Source of the DNA: the human T2T-CHM13v2.0 reference genome, Homo sapiens
DNA length: 64,000 bases
Strand: one strand, 5' to 3'
NCBI RefSeq assembly: GCF_009914755.1
Contig: NC_060943.1
Below the pieces are notes generated by a model. That model did not search any database, had not been told where the DNA came from, and saw nothing but the letters and a program-made list of their open reading frames with translations. Shown here piece by piece: positions 54,620 to 64,000 of this stretch. The translations under genes and the position numbers were made by a program. Every line of letters begins with the position of its first letter. The first letter of the stretch is position 1.

Positions 54620-55620
54620 AGGTATACATAATTTTTCCCATTCCTCCCACGAAGCACAACTAAAACCCTGGGCCAGACATCATACATAAAAACATAAGAC
54701 TCTGAATAAGATTCAGCCTTTAAAAACAAAGCTTGTGTTTACGTGGATGAACCCGGAAGACGTTCAGTGAAATAAGCCAGGCACAGAAAAACAAATACTT
54801 CCTGTCTCACTTGTGGAATCTAAAAAGCTGAACTCCCAAGTAGAATGGTGGCTCCAGGGACTGAGGGAGGGAGGAGGGACTGAACAGATATTGGCCAAAG
54901 GGCACAAGAGGAATTGTTCAACATGGTGACTCTAGTCAATGTATTTTATTCTTGAAAAATGCTGAGTAGTCTGGGCGCAGTGGCTCACACCTGTAATCCT
55001 AGCACGCTGGGAGACTGAGGGGGATCACTTGAGGCCAGGTGTTTGAGACCAGCCTGGGCGACATAGTGAGACCTCATCTCTTTTTTTTTTTTTTTTTTTT
55101 TCAATATAAAAAAACTGAATTGCTGAGCAAATTTTAAGTGTTCTTACCACAGAAAAAGAGATAAGCATGGAGGTATGGTCACGGGTATGTCAAGGAAATG
55201 TTAAATTAGCTTGATTTAGATATTTTACGCTGTACGCCTATGTCAAAACATGTTCTATGCATCATATTTACAACTTTGTCAAAATAAAAAGTGATTGGGA
55301 AATTGGATCAAACTAGAAAAATGTAAGACTCTGAATGATGGAGGGAAGGCAGACACAGTGGGAATTTCAGGACCCAAGGAATGACACGAAAGTCAATTCT
55401 TTGGTGTTTTGTTTTGTTTTTCGCCACATACAGCCCAGGCTTGGACCTGAAGAAGCTGGCAACCCGCGAACGCCAACAGGCACAGTCGAAAAAAGCAAAA
55501 GAAAAATCCCAAACAAAATCCTGTTCTCCCTAGCCAAAGGACCAGGAGAGGGGGCAGCCCAGCAAGACAAAACACATTTACACAATTCTGGCTAACCTCA
55601 GCCAGTCCTTGGCCGTGAGT
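54620..55620 (+). mobile_element. Old L1M 5'-end fragment interrupted by an L1MA-like 3' fragment (about 54712-55330) containing a FLAM
   Basis: TSD aaaa(ca/tg)taagactctgaat flanks the insert; gtgaaataagccaggcacagaaaaacaaatac. Confidence 0.6.
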
Positions 55621-55674
55621 TCGTTTTTCTGCCACCTCACTTTGGGGCTGGGCTGGTTCTCCACCCTCGCAGGG

Positions 55675-55760
55675 TGCGTTTCTCAATCCAGACGCTGGGG
55701 GGCGCTAGTACCTCGCGAGCTCCGCGAGGATCATTCCCGGGACGCCGCGGAGTCACCTCC
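55675..55760 (+). promoter_or_regulatory. CpG-rich patch with a candidate CTCF site
   Basis: acgctggggggcgctagt resembles CCGCTAGGGGGCGCTA; local CpG cluster in a CpG-poor background. Confidence 0.4.
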
Positions 55761-56077
55761 CCTCCTAGGGACCCAGAGCTTCCCAGGGCCGCGCCTGTAG
55801 GTTTTCCAGAGGTCCCCGAAAACGTTAAAGACCTGGAAGGAAAAAAAAACTGTAAAACCACACACTTTGATATTTGACAACGTAAAAGCAAGGCTGCAAA
55901 ATCAAAATCAATGAACGCTTGAAGGAAATGTCTACTTAGCTAGACATAGTGCCACCTGGATTCACTGTTGGCTCCAGAATCCCCCCCACGGTGTCATCAC
56001 GTTGGAAAGTTTTTGTGGGTTAGATGTTCTCTGTTGGCAAGAATGCCTGTACATGCCCAAGAAGCATATGAGTTTAA

Positions 56078-56470
<393 letters not shown>

Positions 56471-56716
56471 TAATGTTTGATATTAAACAAGTCCTCCACG
56501 AGTGCAGGTACCCAGGGATGTGCCATACAGCCCTCTGCCTTCACCTATGCTGTTCCCTTTGGCCTCCATCACCCTTCCCTTCCCACATCAGCCAATTCAC
56601 CTCCCATTCATCCTTCATATTTTAGCTCAGTGTTACCACTTCAGGAAAACCTTCCCTGGTCCCAAGGGACAAGATACTGTTTGTCTTCACCTGGAACATC
56701 CTAAGGGCTCAATAAC

Positions 56717-56759
56717 GAATGAATGAATGAATGAATGAATGAATGAATGAATGAATGAA
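56717..56759. repeat. (GAAT)n microsatellite at an L2 3' end
   Basis: About 10 GAAT units. Confidence 0.9.
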
Positions 56760-57014
56760 CACAGGTGCATAAGCATGATAGGCTTGTCCTTGTAGGGCCT
56801 TCCCATGCCACTCAAAATACATATGACCTCATTGCAAAAATATGAATACTGGCTCACAAAGTCATCCTGCAAAATCAGGCACATTCAACAACAGCCCTGT
56901 GCTGAGCCGTGTCGGGGCAGTAGAGAAAGCTCAACCCAAAACCCTACTCTTGAGAGGCTCCTCTCTGGGGGTTGGAGCACAGAGCCAGACACAGACATCA
57001 CTGGCCTGTGTGTT

Positions 57015-57770
57015 CAATGAAGGAAGGGAGGGAGGGAAGGAGAGAGGCCGGGATGAATGGTTGGATGGGTGGATGGATGAAGGGATGGAAGGATGAATGA
57101 GTGGATGGATGGATGGATGGATGGATGGATGGATGGATGGATGAATGGAGGAATGGAGGGATGGATGGATGAATGGGTAGATGGATGAATGGATGCAGGG
57201 AGGGATGGAGGGATGGATGGGTGGATGGATGAAGGGATGGAGGGATGAATGGGTGGAGGATAGATGAATAAACGAATGGATGGAGGGATGAAGGGATGAA
57301 TGGGTAGATGGATGAATGGAGGGAGGGAGGAAAGGAGGGGTGGATGGGTGGGTGGATGGATGGATGGATGGATGGATGAATGGGTGGAGGATGGATGAAT
57401 AAACGAATGGATGGAGGGATGAAGGGATGAATGGGTAGATGGATGGGTGGATGGATGGAGGAATGGAGGGAGGGATGGATGAATGGGTAGATGGATGAAT
57501 GGATGGAGGGAGGGATGGAGGGATGGATGGGTGGATGGATGAAGGGATGGAGGGATGAATGGGCAGAGGATGGATGAATAAATGAGTGGATGGAGGGATG
57601 GATGATGAATGGGTAGATGGATGAATGGATGAAGGGATGAAGGGAGGGATAAAGGGATGAATGACTGGGTGGATGGATGGATGAATGAAGGAATGGAGGG
57701 ATGGGTAGATGGATAAAGGGATGAAAGGAGGGATGGAGAGATGAATGGGTGAATGGATGTTTAGGGATGG
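57015..57770. repeat. (GGAT/GAAT/GGAG)n low-complexity repeat with internal ~120-bp duplications
   Basis: Purine-rich tetramer array. Confidence 0.95.
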
Positions 57771-58242
57771 GCCAGAGCAAGGGCCCGGAAATGGGGAGTA
57801 GTGACAGGAATATGTCCCATAGAAGGTGCTTGGGCTTGGTATGGAAAGCAGGGTATGAGGAATCGTCTGTAGGAACAGGGACATTCCAAGCAGAGGAAAC
57901 TGCAGAGGCAAAGGCCCTGCAGCTCAAGAAAACCTGGTTTCAGGATACAGTAGGGAGTGGGAAATGACTACAGAGGAGACTGGCAAGGACAAGTGGAGCC
58001 AGGTTGTGAGGGACCCATCCACGACCCTTAACCATGAATTTTGCCCCAAGGCATGCATCAAAGTACTGGCTATTCTTAGTATCAGTATTAAGATGGTATG
58101 ACACACCCAAGAGTTTATTATATGCTAATAGCTTCCCCTGTTAATTTCAGTTTGGAAAACATGTTTTATAGTGTTCACACTACTCTGGTGGTGCAATATT
58201 TAGTTTTTAAATCAATATGCCTGTACAAAACTGTTACACAAT

Positions 58243-61400
<3,158 letters not shown>

Positions 61401-61728
61401 ATAGATAATAATTCGTGCTGGAACACAGCTTGTATTCATCACCCAACTTAAGAAGAAAAAAATCACGGATAATACTGATGCTGTATATACACCACTTCAC
61501 TTCCATTTACCTCTCTCTCTCTGTGTCTCCCTCTCATTTAGCATTTATCATTCCCATGCACATTTTTTTTTACCTTTACAACATGGGATGTATTCATGAA
61601 CACTATATAGAATTGTGGCTGGATGTAGTGGCACGTGCATGTAATCCTAGCTATTTGGGAGGCTGAGGCAGGAGGATAGCTTGAGTCCAGGAGTTCAAGC
61701 CCAGCCTGAGCAACATGGTGAAACCCCA

Positions 61729-62438
<710 letters not shown>

Positions 62439-62679
62439 CCCCATCTCTACCAAAAAACAATATATATATATATATACAAAAATTAGTTGGGCATGGTGTT
62501 GCATGCCTGTAGTCCTAGCTACTCCAGAGGCTGAGAGGGGAGGATCACTTGAGCCTGGGAGGCAGAGGTTGCAGTGCAGATCACGCTACTGCACTCTGGC
62601 CTGGGTGATAGGGTGAGACCCTGTCTCCGTAATAAATAAATAAATAAATAAATAAATAAATTTATTTTCCCCAGTTGTC

Positions 62680-62950
62680 ACATGGAGACAAGCCCATCAG
62701 GGACAAGACTAGAAGTAGACAAACCAGTCAGGTAACAACTGCTAGAGCCAGGTGCTAAAGACAGGGGCTTGGAACAGGATGGGTGTAGAAAATGTAGTGA
62801 GGCCTGTTTGGATACATGGATATTTTTGGAAGGCGGGGTCAACAGGATTTGATGAAGGCTCAGGTGTGGGTGTGAGAGAAAGGCAGTCAAACATGACTTC
62901 AAGGTTTTGGATGAGAATGACCAGAAGGATGGAGCTGCTATTTACTGAGA
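62680..62950 (-). mobile_element. L2 fragment
   Basis: ggatacatggatatttttggaagg...gacttcaaggttttggatgagaatgaccagaaggatggagctgc. Confidence 0.6.
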
Positions 62951-62989
62951 TAATCACCAGGTCTCTTGCATCCTTAAAAAAAAAAGGGA

Positions 62990-64000
<1,011 letters not shown>

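Noticed and set aside
56931-57927. 326-aa and 309-aa (PSIH)n ORFs
   Set aside because: Translation of a (GGAT)n low-complexity repeat.

Overview
Primate (very likely human) non-coding, repeat-rich genomic DNA with no intact protein-coding gene. From left to right it holds: (1) a minus-strand unprocessed CYP4F pseudogene fragment (CYP4F2-numbered exons 3-9, 3840-12963) with a full-length THE1 in intron 5; (2) a 3'-truncated HERV3/HERV-R-like provirus with an Arg PBS, followed by L1 and a MER4-group internal sequence full of Alus; (3) a composite unit of G-rich (GGCCTGGTCAGTGG)n HSAT5-like satellite, a TBC1D3/TBC1D26-family unprocessed pseudogene and a SNX18 retrocopy on the + strand (about 26.5-41.7 kb); (4) a second satellite array and an old, diverged inverted copy of the same unit on the - strand (about 48.4-53.8 kb); (5) an Alu/L1/L2-dense tail. 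From memory only, and not verified, this layout resembles human 19p13.12 beside the CYP4F cluster (CYP4F9P, LINC00661, LINC00905). The most notable observations are an exact 80-bp templated copy of local THE1 sequence inserted in-frame into CYP4F exon 7, a fossil second tandem exon 3 of a different CYP4F type, the duplicated TBC1D3-like/SNX18 chimeric cassette, and a three-template patchwork insertion at 59.3-60.15 kb. Family assignments rest on remembered consensus and protein sequences, not on database searches.
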